Positions 24,324-36,390 of a DNA stretch of 64,000 nucleotides are shown piece by piece. The stretch lies in contig CATNEN010000001.1 in the NCBI GenBank assembly GCA_950097015.1, forward strand, positions 27,094,001-27,158,000, in the 5' to 3' direction. Source of the stretch: Macrostomum hystrix. Lineage: Eukaryota > Animalia > Platyhelminthes. Each line of letters starts with the position of its first letter. Within the stretch, counting starts at the first letter, position 1. A program made the translations under genes and the position numbers. Below the pieces are notes generated by a model. It saw nothing but the letters and a program-made list of their open reading frames with translations. It was not told the origin of the DNA and ran no database searches.

Positions 24324-27124
24324 ATGTCGTTCAACTTTTCAACCGGCTGCGACAGCGACGATGAGCGAATTGCGGCCGCGCTGGACGAGTTTGAGAGAGT
24401 TGCCCAAGATAGTAACTCCGCCGGGCCGGTAGCGTCATCAACTCGCCAGCCACCATCACAGCGAAAAAGAAAGAGCGCTCCCTCTCAACGTCGGATTGTC
24501 AATGCAGCAGCCGCAGAATCTACGCCAGGCCCAAAGCGTATATATACTTTCACCCCAGTGCAGACAGCAGCGGTGGCTAACATCAGCAGCGACGCCGACG
24601 ACTTCAGCCTGCTGCCATTGAGCGGTGTCATGCGCCTAAACACTGGAGAGCAGCAGCCTGCCAGTGACCAGATGTCCACAGGCAATCAGCAGCCACCGCC
24701 TGCCAGTATATCGGCCGTCTACGCGCCCATCTCCCACGCGATGGCAGCCTCAGCCTCGACTGCGCCAAAAGGGAGCATGCTGGCTTGGCTCGGAGATCAG
24801 CACCGGAGTGCCAAGAAGGCCACCAGCAGATGGTCATCGCCGGCAGCGATCAGGCACGTCAGGCGACATGCTCCTGCCAACTGCGGCGATGGCGACGGGG
24901 CGGCGTCTGATGCGCCCGACATGTCCACGGCAGCCCTACAGCCTCGCAGCCCCGTCGTCATCGAGATTGAGGACGTCGACGACGAGCGCGCCGATAACGG
25001 CAGGCCGACAGCGGCAACTCGCACAAAGGCGGAGCCATCGGAGCCTAACGAGCAGGAGGCGGCGATGGATAGCGACGACCGCGATGCTCTGCAGGCACTG
25101 CTGGACTACGAGGCGTCCACCGTTGCGCTGTCAGTCGCTGCAGATCCCCCACCGTCGGGCGCTGATGCGGAAATGGAGGAGGCCGCCAGCACGGTGCCGA
25201 AACCGCCTCAAGTCGCGGCCGACCAACAACAGCAGCCAGGGAGGCGGAGATTCCGTTTCCAGCGGCTCGAAACGACTGCTCCCGCTGTTGCTGCTGCTGC
25301 CGACTGCTCCATTGTGGGCGCCATGGTGCCAGACTCGCAGCCCGATGGCCGACGATTAGCAGTCGCCAAGACCACACCGTCTCAGCGTCCGGAAGATGAG
25401 ACGACGGCCTACGTGGTGTCGCCTGGCACAGCGGCATTCGCAGCAGCCGTGGTGGCCGCTATGAATGAGGCCAGCCAGTCCGTCCCTGTCGGCGAGGAGT
25501 GGTGGCGCATATTAACACCACAGCCGCTGCAGCAACAAGAGCAGGTGCAGCTCGAGCGTCCTCCCTCGCTGGTGCCCTTCAGCTACAGTCCGCCGGCGTC
25601 TGCGGCACAGCTTATTCACTTCCTCCAGCAACAGCAGGGGGACAGCGAGGCGAGCGGGAGCGGGGTCGGCGGCGCCAGAGGACAACGAGGCGGCCGAGGG
25701 GTGCGACGGCTGGGCCAAAATCCGCTGCTTAATGCGGCAGCAGCACAGCAGCAGTTCACTGTGACGCGCTCAGTCAGCCGGCCGCTCGCAATGACCGGTG
25801 CTGCTCCTGCGGAGCGACTGCCCGAGGACAGCGGCATTCTGACCGGGCGCCGCTATTTGCACGTCTTCCACATCGACAAGGTGCGCTTCGTCGGTGAGTC
25901 ACTTGCTTTGTTCATAAGCTCTGAATCATATAACCAGCTGCTGGCATCCACTGTTTCCATGCTGCCTACATAAACAGGTCGTGCCAAAGTATATCTGGGC
26001 GAGGCTCTGGAGGCACACTGTGTCGAGCTCGTCCTGGCGTCCAGCCCGGGCCTCTGCGTCGGCATGGATGAGTTCTGCGACCGGCGGCTAGTCGCTGACC
26101 CGCTCTCCGTCGACGAGATGGAGCAACAGCAGCAGCAGCAGCAGCAGCACAGCGAGTATCGGCCACACCGCACTCTGTCCGGCTTCGTGCGCCTGGAGAC
26201 CAACGCGGCCGGCTGGCATTTGTACGAGCTGCTGTTCAGCCTGCTGCCTAGCCGAGACGAGGGACGCTGCTTTGTGGTGCCCGACCGGACCACCCTGACG
26301 CTGTGCGGCGTCCGCTCGCCAGACAGTGTGCTGCGGAGCCTGACGCAGCACGACGGCTACCCGCTGCTGATCGGGATCGGCGCCACGCAGTGCAGCATGC
26401 TGGTGCAAGCGACTCGGTGGGCGCTGTCCTACCCGCTGACTGCCAACCTGCCAGACCAGACTGACGGCTTCTTGTTGGCCCACCAGCAGATGCGCGCCAC
26501 GTTGCTGGGGGTCTTTAGAGACGTGCAGCGCCAGCGCCGGATTCGCAGGGAGCAGCTCGCCGGCTGTTCCGCATGTTCCACCGAGGCTGCCGACATTAGG
26601 AACCTGTGCCCGCTCCGAGAGGCCGTCTGCACAGCCCTTCGCCACCAGTCGGGCGTTGTGTACCTTTACGGGCCGTCGGGAGTCGGCAAGACCACCGCCG
26701 TCGAGCGCCACCTGGGCCAGGAGCGCGTCTTCTGTCCGGTCATCAAGCGCTTCGGTGGCAATGACTTCATGTTCGACGGCCTGGACACCGCGCGCCACTC
26801 CGTCATCTTTCTGGACGAGGTGCGGCCGCACATGTTCGAGGGCGGCGACCTGGAGACCACGCTGTTGCGCCTGCTGAACGGCAACAGCTTCCTGGTCAAT
26901 GCGAAGCACCAGGCGCACGTCTACCTGGACTGGGGCCAACGGCTGGTGATCGCGGCGATGGCGGCCACGCCTCACCTGACGACTACCCGGCTGACGTGCA
27001 GCGGCGCCTGCGCAACGAGGGCAACACGTGCGTCGAGGTCGACCACGACATCGAGGCCTGCCAGGGGGGGTGCCGCCAGCAGCCAATGTTCGGAGCCGCC
27101 GCCGCCAACGCCCAGGTTGAATGA
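24324..27124 (+). CDS. Rep-like protein: long disordered N-terminus, degenerate HUH domain and SF3 helicase (exons 24324-25893 and 25978-27124; 1-bp frameshift at ~26958)
   Basis: Intron GTGAGT...AAACAG joins the two track ORFs in frame. Walker A YLYGPSGVGKTT, Walker B VIFLDE, B' LLRLLNG...VNAKH. Restoring one A gives motif C LVIAAN and arginine finger VQRRL. Confidence 0.8.
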
Positions 27125-28939
27125 GGCCGCCTTTATATGTCTGTCTGTCTGTCTGTCTATTGCTAAATTATTTCATCCCTGCGCCCGTATTTTGTCTCCA
27201 CCACCATCTTAAAGCGGGTTAGCAGATGTGGGCAGGCAGAAATAGCTAGACGGCCAAAATATTACATAACAAAATATTAGTCCTTATTGGGCTAAATAAG
27301 GAATGGCTTTTGGGTTCGGCTGTTTAACAGCACCATATATTATAATCTATACCTGGCACGCAGTTGCAGAAAACGGGGTAGCAGAAATGTGCGCGGACTA
27401 TAGCAATTTATAAAGCATTAGATGGGATTAGTTTAATTGAATTAAATAGCGCGCAGTGTTTTCCTAGTGTTTTTGTTGCTCGTCAGTCTAGATGTGCTAA
27501 GAGATGGAGATGGCATTTATTACTTGTTCTCAGGATCGCTTCTCGCTCTTATCTGATTGCTTTTATTTTGAGTTCTATTATTTCAGAGTCAATATTTTCA
27601 TTTAGCATATGTCGCAGGCTGTCGAAAATTTCAATTGTCCCCATTTTATTGCCGTTCTACTTTTTCTGTACCGGCTCCATTAAACTTTTTAATCCCTCAC
27701 CGCCAACAAATAGTTGTTGTTGTTGTTGCTGTTGCTGCTCTCCAACAAGTTAGATAGATGGGCAGCTAGAATAATTAACAATGATTGCCTACCTTGTGGA
27801 GCGCAGATAAAAATCACTTTAAACGCAGTCGTCGTCGCTGGGGTCGCAGCTGGAGCGGAGCAATCGGAACAGTGTAGGGGGCAGTCGAAACGAAATAGTA
27901 GATCACGAAGGAGCTGATTTGGTTGATTAATAGAGTTGGTATTGAAAATCAAAGTGTAGCTTGGGAACGATCGAGTCTGTCTTAATCGATTGGCATAGAG
28001 AAATCAATCAGTGCGCGAGCTAGCTCTCTTTGACTTGTGTGCTCAAGATGAGCAATACAGTCCTTCCTGATAAAATTTAGTTTCTATGTGCCTAAGCTTT
28101 GTCTATGTCTTGAGTTTATCGCATTCCTTTATTAATAGTAGTCTAAATATAATTTTACACACACGCAGTTGTTATGTGCTTATTTGGGCGCTATTTGTGT
28201 TATTATAATTTATAATAATTGAGCTATAATAATTTGAGTAAGTATACTAGTATATGGTATGAAAAGCTGACTGCATGCATTAATATGTGAATAAAGGACA
28301 TAAATCAAGAAAAAGCATTCAATCAAGAACTACATGTAGTAGACGGTACGTATGCATATGAAAAATCGGCAATTAACTAATTTAAGATGAAAATCAACAA
28401 GCGGCATCTGCAATAACAAGCAATTAAAATACATGTAGTAATGATGTGTGCATTAAAATACAATTTGGATGGACGCAAAAAGCTATACATATAATATAGT
28501 AGTACGATTTAATAACGGCAATTAACAGCTGCATATAGTGCTACTCAGTTATTTATAGATTTTATATAAGAAACTAAAATTTCAAATTCGCGCTAAATTC
28601 TACGAAATTCAATGTGTACAGTCTGTAGTGCGCGCACATTCCCTAAAAAATATATAAGGCATGTCAGCTCTAATTTTAGAACGACGATCCTTATATATTT
28701 TTTAAGTATTGTGCGCGCACTATGAACTGTACCTAAATCTAAAATTAAATTGCTTACTTGACTACTATAAGTAGAGCAGTTAGCAGCATTTGTTTAGTAA
28801 TTGTCAGATAAATCTATGGCTAATTAAATAATTCTATCAACAAAAACAATAAAGTATAATATTATCAACGGGAGTAATCAGTCAATCAATACAATCAATA
28901 TTCTTAACTATAGCATATAATATCAATTATAATAACATT

Positions 28940-28977
28940 AGCGTATAAAGCGCGCACATGTGCGCGCTTTATACGCT
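28940..28977. other. Perfect 38-bp palindrome with the same 18-bp core
   Basis: AGCGTATAAAGCGCGCACA|TGTGCGCGCTTTATACGCT. Confidence 0.95.
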
Positions 28978-29207
28978 GCAGTAACATGCAGTCAAACGAA
29001 TTCAATTATCCCTCCCTCGAAGGCCTGTGCATGTTTTCTCTGCGTGTTTTCTCTCTGTCCCGGCCCCCTTTATCTGCCCCACGGTGTTTTTCACTCACTA
29101 TTTAAATATTTAATAATATTTTATATTATTAATATAATATAAATTAAATATTTTATATAAAATCTTAAATAAAGCAGGCAGACAGACAGGCGGGCAGGCA
29201 GGGCGAA

Positions 29208-32068
29208 TCAATCAAAATTATGCTCCGCCACTGAGTGCAGCCGCCGTCGCTTTCCGGCCACCGGTCTACCGTGCAGGACTGCGTCGGCTCGTTGGGTGCT
29301 CGCCGCCACCTCCCCACTTCCACCAGCCAGGCTGCTGATGAGTCCCTGGGTCGGCGGCCTAACTATTGGTCGCATCTCTGCGTCACCTGATGGCACCACA
29401 AACCGGCGGACAATATCGCGGCTGCGAATTACTGTGCCCATCTCGGTGGCCATCTGGGCATTGTGCCCATAATTGTACCGGATGACAGCTGCAGATGTGC
29501 CGTGCGCTCTGGCGAACATATCCAGCTGCTCCGGCTCCATCATGAGCACTACGGCACAGAGGGTGCGACGCCAGTGCGTGGCCACATAGTGCCGACCCAG
29601 TACTCGCTGCCCGCCTGCGCTGATCATGCGGCTCATTGCCGACTGGCTGTACACACCGCCGAACACATCAATGAAGACGGTCGGCGACTCCGGTTGCTCG
29701 ATGCCGCGAGCAGCAAGCGACGGCACGATATATTCGTCGTGCAGGCGCAGCAAGGCCTCGCAGAATAGATCCGGCAGCACCATCCTGGCTGGGTCGCCGG
29801 AGTGTCCGACCTTGTGCGGCACTTCACGCAGCGGCAGGACGAGATGCGAGTGCCCAGCCAGATCGGCAGCGGACGGCCCGCTCTCCCCATCTACACTTTG
29901 CGTGTGTTGGCGGAACAGCTGTTTTTGGTCGGCCGACGTGTTTCGCCGAACCGAACGGTCGACCAGGTGTCGCCGACGGATGTAGATCCACGGCAGGAGT
30001 CGCAGGGGCTGCTCAATGCTGCAGTAGAACAGCATCTCCTGCACAATCCTCCGCAGACAAACCATCCGGCGACTGAAGGCACCATCATCTGCTTCGCCGT
30101 TGTCTTTGGTGACATCAGCGATGCCATCAGCGACCACACCTGCTGCCTGCATGCCCCATTCGCCGTCGACTGGCAGCAAAGTCCAGCTGTGCCTTTGTAG
30201 CATGGCAAAAAAACGATCACGGCGGGCGAACACGGCATCGACCTCGTCCACGTTGACGTAGGTGTCCATGAAGGCCACCTGCCGCTCGTTGTGGCCAAGC
30301 TTGTAGACTGCCTGCATAGTATAAATGTGGTTGCGTTTACTTATAGTAGATAGCAGCACGAAACCAAATAGAACTAACTGTCATTAATGCAGCTGCTGTG
30401 CAGCTAGCTCACCTGCTGGATGGCGCGGACGTTGCCGAACTCGCCGCGAGCCTGCTGCACCACGCTGCTAAGGCGGGCGATGAGAGCCTGCTCAGCCGCC
30501 AGCGGGTTGTTGGCCTTCTGCGCCAACTGCATTCTCCAGCAGACGCCACTGCCGACAGAGTCGACGTCCTCAATAGCAGGGCGCTCGGTGTCAGGCGAGG
30601 GTGAGTCGATGCTGCAGAACAGCTCGGCTTCGCGCAAGCCAACGGCGGCCATGATGGCATTGGCGCCTCGCAGGCCCCTCACGCGTAGCCAGCCCTCCAT
30701 GCAGCGGCAGATGCTGACAAGCTCCTGGCACTTGCGCGCAGCAGTCGACTGGGCCAGCTGCATGGCGTCACCGACTGTTTCAGCGCTGAAGCAGTCCTGC
30801 ACCCTGTCCGGCTGAAGCAGCAGGTCTGCAAGCGATATGCCCGCTCGCTGCCAGGTGCGTAGAAGCGTCGAGCTCACGGACCTGCTGATGTCGCGCCAAC
30901 GCTGCTGGTGGCACAAGTTGGCCGCAATCCTGGCCCGCGATGGGTCCCTCCACCATAGCTCCCGCAGGCGTTCCACCGTTGCGGAGATGCTGGGCCGGTC
31001 ACCCAACGGCTGCAGCAGCTCTGGTGGCACGGGCTTCGCAGGTGGCGACGTGCGAAAGTGTCGACAGCGCGGACCGCGACGCTGTTGCTGCTGCTTCTGA
31101 TCGGCTGTCGACGCTTCCTGCTGCAGTTCTGCTCCGAAGATGGACTTTTGAAGCCGGTCGAATTCGGCACTGGCCAGTTTTATCTTCAACGCAGCCCACC
31201 TTGCTGCAGCTGCTCGACGCTGCCTCGGCGGAGTAGCTGCCAGCTTCACTAGCGGCCTCTGTGCAGCCGACACCACAGCCGATGACGTGCTGGGACGATT
31301 AAGCGCCGACTTAGTGGCCTGCACCGCCAACTGCAGACAGGCAGCCGAAGAGGAAGACTCTGCTGCCACCGTATGGACTGTCGACAGAGTCCGCATTCTG
31401 ATGCTGGTTCCGGGCAGTAGCTCCTGCAAGCCGACATCGTCATCTCCATCGTCAGCGTCCTCCTGTGAGGACATTAGCAGCAGCGGCGCAGTCGGGTCAA
31501 ATAGGCGTCGCCGGACGGCTGGACGGCTGGCTGACGACAGCCGAGCACTGGCCGCTGACTGTCGACCGTAAACGGACGGCGCGGCGATGCTGTAGAGCTC
31601 GGCCAACAGAGACCCAGCCTCGTATTCAGCTGGTTCTGCCTCTGAAGGCTGCTGCGGAGGCGGTGGTGGCATCTGCTGCGGAGGCGGTGGTGGCATCTGC
31701 TGCGGAGGCGGTGGCTGCTGGTGTTCCACAGCAACGGTAGCAACAACAGCTGGCACTGCTGGACAACTGTGCTGCCTTGCTGTCCTACGCAGCACCTTGC
31801 CGCAGGCTGGGCACGCATGTACATGCTCAGTGTTGGCTGAGCTGCGCGTGTGGGTGCTGCACGTCAGGCAGAGCCAGACCATCTGGGCACGCTGCTTGGC
31901 TGACGCCGCTGCCCAAGATGCCTCGGACGGCCGCACCTTGACTGGGGCATCATCGAGTCGGAATTGGCGCACAGCCTCCTCCGCGTGCCTCCTCAGGAAG
32001 TGGCGCTTCGGATGCGTCTGCGGTCTGCCGTCGCCACAGAAGATGCAGCACGACTCGTTGTCTGTCAT
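29208..32068 (-). CDS. Tyrosine recombinase (~919 aa) with N-terminal Cys/His zinc-finger-like region (exons 32068-30413 and 30311-29208)
   Basis: A 101-bp phase-0 GTGAG...ATGCAG intron joins the two track ORFs. Catalytic pattern EQPLR (R), PHKVG (K), THWRR (HxxR), ARAHGTSAAVIRYNYGH (Y). The start could be up to 63 nt further upstream. Confidence 0.8.
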
Positions 32069-33198
32069 AGCTATTGTTATTACAAATTGATGCAGTGCCA
32101 TATAGGTGTATGAACTGAATTCAGTATACATGCTCAATCAACACATGCTATGTACAGTCCGTTGTGCGTGCATCTAAATAAATATATATATGCCCCTATA
32201 TCCCATTATGGAATACACTATTTTAAGTGTTGTGCGCGCACATTGTCCCGTACTGTTGTCATCGCTGCTGCATTTATATTCGATTGAGTGCTGCGTTGAG
32301 CACATAAATCACTTATTTTTATGTTGTACCTAACAACAACAACAACAACAACAACATCCTGGCTGTAAAAATTATAAGCCTCTGAATCATTTATAAATTT
32401 TAAAAACATAATTTTTCATTTGCAATGTAGTACAATCAGCTCAGACATTCGATTTTCCAGTGAACAGCACACCCACCCCCTCCAACTCGATCTTCCTCCC
32501 TCAAAAGCAGTGCCGAGCCAGCCAGACAGACCTGCAGATGGAAAGAGAGACGACTTCGATCGTCTTCAGTCTATGGCCACAGGGGTGACATTATCGATTG
32601 GTTAAAGCAGACACACTGCTTCTCTTTTTCAAGGCAGAGCAGTGGCCTTCCACACCCTTTTACCATAGACTATGAATTTAGAGACAGGGCCGCCCCCTTT
32701 CGCTTTCGAAGGTTTAAAGAAAGGGTGGCAAGCAAAGTAGCAGTCTTTTAGTTTTAGCCCGGCCCAACTGCTCGATCGAACTGCAGCTTACAGTCAAATA
32801 TAATTCAGAGATTCATCCACAATTCGAATCAACAGTCTGCCTTCTATTTGCTTGGACTATATTAAAACAGGCTACAGATATAATATCGACAGAGAGCCAC
32901 AGGATCTATTATTATGTCAACAGCAAGCATTAGGATCTAATATATTTCTAGGCAGCTCAGAACTGCATAACACTTACAGAGATTACTAATATATTATAAT
33001 TATAGAGAACTGCATGCGCTATTATCTATTAGATTAACAGACCGATTGTTATATGTATACAAGTACTAATTGAAGGGCCTATTATATATACAAAGACTAA
33101 TCTGAGGGCCTATTATATTAACACAGCTTGTAATGCATATTTATGAACAGATACTTATATGGCCTATTTAAAATACACAGCCTTTTTCTTATTTGCAG

Positions 33199-33810
33199 CG
33201 CAACAGACAGCATCAGCAGAAGCATCAGCAGAAGCAACCGACAGCATCAGCAGAAGCATCAGCAGTAGCAGCAGTAGCAGCTCAGTAGCAGCTCAACAGC
33301 TCTAGCAGCATCAGTACCAGCAGCCAGCCCCATCTGCCCGTGCCCACTTCGAGGTGCAGCAGAAGCAGCAGTACCAGCAGCCAACCCCGTCCGCCTGTGC
33401 CCACTTCGAGGTGAGATAAAAATTAAATTGTACAGCTGGATAGCATTAGTTAGCCTCAGCAACTATATTCGAGTAGACTTTAGCGTCGAAATTATATTCT
33501 AATTGCTTTTTTCCATGCTCATCCTCAGCTCAGTGCAGCTAAACCGGCCGGCACCAGCCAGCAGCATCAGTAGCCGAAGCCAGCCCCGTCCGCCTGTGCC
33601 CATTTGCCAAGCAGCAGCAGTAGCAGCAATAGCAGCACAAGCAGCAGAAGCAGCAGAAGCAGCAGAAGCAGCAGTACCAGCAGCCAGCCCCCGTCCGCCT
33701 GTGCCCACTTCGAGGTGAGATAAATATTCAATTGTACAGCTGGATAGCATTAGTTAGCCTCTGCGAAATATAATCGAGTAGACTTTAGCATAGAAATTAT
33801 ATTCTAATTG
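33199..33810 (+). pseudogene. Degenerate, internally duplicated Gln-rich exons (QYQQPxPSAxAHFE|GT)
   Basis: Acceptor TTTGCAG; donors GAG|GTGAGA repeated at ~33411 and ~33715; CAG>TAG stops. Confidence 0.35.
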
Positions 33811-36390
33811 CCTTTCCGTGTTTTTTGCTTGTCGTCGCTGCCGCCGCCAGTCAAAGTTAAATCAAATTATTGAATGTCATAAGACATAGAGTCTGTGTCA
33901 ATCAGTGTCAATCAGTCAGTCAATCGATCTCGAACGAAACAATACATTCAGTATACTGTACACTGCTGCTGCTCTAATGCAATATCAATAACGAGAGAAA
34001 ATGAGTGCTTGCGAGCAAAGCCATAGAGGAAGCGTGGTCTTCCCAGTTCTAAAAATAGCTGCAGAGCTAGCGCGTGAATTTAAATACACTGTTTACGTTG
34101 TTATAAACGAGAGAAGATGAAAGTGATTTTAGGAAGGCCTTTATGTTCATTTTTTGTCTTAATCTGACTTCCGAATAAATAAATCTAAATAGTAAGCTAA
34201 ATGGAGCAGAACTGAACTGCTGCGCACTGAAATATAAGCGCTATACGAAACTTGCTATGTTTGCGTTTCAATGAGGCCCAAATGGCTCTCCGAAAAGACC
34301 GAATAATGAGTCGAAAAAAGCTGGGCAAAAATCTGAAAATTAGGAAAGTATATTGACAAACTTGACACTGAAATTAATTAAACAAGACGAAATAAATACA
34401 AAGACTCATGAGATTTTTTCCTGCCATTTCTTCACGAAACATAGGAAAAGTTATTTTGCAAAGTTAATTATTGTTTCAAGCATTTATAATTGCTAGGAAT
34501 TTCAGCCATCTCATAATTATTTGAGTTGGCATTTGTATTTAGAGTATATGTTATATGAATATAGCAGCAAAGTGTGTTCTTATGAAGTTTGTGTGTTTTT
34601 AATTATTTATGCACTGTAGCTACAGTTTTTACAGAAGGCACATTTTTTACTATTTTACCTTTAAGTCTCTTATAGCAGCTCAAGTTCTGTGTTTGTCTAA
34701 ATTGGCAAAAATTGAAATGTCAGCTAGGGATAAAAAGAGGGCCTCAGTTTAATCAATATTCATAAAGGCATTCAGAACAAAATTAGCTTATTCACAGTTA
34801 GTCAATCATATCTTTTTGGTTGGCACTCAGCAGGCTGTTGTTGATTGTTGGCCATTCAGCTTCAACACCAGACTCAGATTCTTGGGACTCCTTGTCCTGT
34901 TATATAGGCTCTCCTTGTCCTGTTAGGTGTGAGAGGTAAGACAGTTAGTTTGCTGTTTGTATTTAGATCTATAGCTAGGCAAGAAGGGGCAGAATGCTGA
35001 TAAGAGATGATAGAGGAATGTTGCTCATAGGTTAAATAGGACCACAATTGAGGGAATTACACAGGGCTGGTATTAACTATGTACGGGGCTTGAGCATAAA
35101 TGTATAGTGTCGGGCTAACAATAAAAATGATTATGTACTCAAGCACTTACCATAGCCTTTAATCATTTGTGATTAGTTCTCATATGCACTTAGCTATGCC
35201 ATGAGAGTGAAGACAACCAGATGCCACAATTCCAGCTAGTGAGCCAGTGTGATAAAGACCTGGTAAAATAAAGTTGATAAATAAATAGAGGAAATTTCAT
35301 AGCAAAACTGTACCAGACCAAATAACTCTAGTGTACACTAGGATCACTTATATTGCTTGAAGAAACAAGAAGAGAAGAGGAGAAAAAAGGACAGGAGAGA
35401 AGAGGAGAGGAAAGAAAAGCAGAGGAAAGGAGGGGAGAGGGGGAGAGGAGGGGGGAGAGGAGAGGAGAAGAGGAGGGGAGAGAATTTCATAAACAGCAGT
35501 TTCAAGGCAAACTACTGCTCATGCAGTATCCAAACCAATAGCTCAAGGCAAACTACTGTGCATGCATTATCAAAACTAAGAGCTCAAGCAACCAGCAATT
35601 GTGTGTTAGGTATCTTGGGCTGGGTTGGGCTAACACTAAAAATGATTATGTACTCAAGCACTTACCATAGCCTTTAATCATGTGATTAGTTCTCATATGC
35701 CCTTAGCTATGCCATGAGAGTGAAGACAACCAGATGCCACAATTCCAGCTAGTGGGCCAGTATGATAAAAACCTGGTAAAATAAAGTTGATAAATAAATA
35801 GTCATTATAAAGAAATTTCATAGCAAAGTTATATAACTGTACCAGACCAAATAACTCTAGTGTACACTGGGATCAATTGTTATTGCTTTGCAGGAGCTAA
35901 CCAACAATTTTTGGTTGGGTATCTAGCAAACACTTTACAACAAATGATTAGCCAAGCCTTACCAGTTCTCAGATGCCAGCCTGAAGATAGCAAGCAAAGC
36001 CATCATTCCAGCTTGTGTGATAAGGACCAGTTAAGATGTACTAAGCCTCACTGCAGTTTGCTAAGTTTTTACCATCCTTTTAACTGCTTTCACTTTCTTA
36101 AATCCTTAATTCCTTTCAGGCTCTTTAATTATTTGTAGCCACATTTCACTTTTCTTTCAAGCTTTCAGCTGAATTGCCTCTGACATCATCCATGAGCAAT
36201 GAGCTGCAGCTCAGGAGCATTGAGCTAAAAGCTAGGCTTCTCTAGCTAGTGAAACCAAGCTATACACTTTTACCATCCTTTAACTACCTTAAATCCATTT
36301 GAACATTTTAAACACCCTTTGATACACTTAATTTACTCTTATTCACTTCTACTTTTGCTTTAACTTTACTTATTTACTTTTCAATTTCCA

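Larger units (their letters stand above)
20411..34356. mobile_element. Novel-looking integrative element encoding a tyrosine recombinase and a Rep/SF3 helicase
   Basis: Absent from the paralogous site at 3361-3390. Ends TCAACATATTTTCCT / AGGAAAGTATATTGA form a 13/15 inverted match; no clear TSD. Confidence 0.8.

Noticed and set aside
26088-27086. 332-aa antisense ORF over the helicase, as a possible capsid gene
   Set aside because: A shadow frame of GC-rich coding sequence with no capsid-like features. The same applies to the many short ORFs overlapping 24300-32100.
20411-34356. Interpretation as a Polinton, Helitron or simple endogenous parvovirus/CRESS virus
   Set aside because: No pPolB, DDE integrase, capsid, packaging ATPase or long TIRs with 6-bp TSD; the helicase is SF3 rather than PIF1 and there are no TC/CTAG ends; the genes are spliced and linked to a YR.
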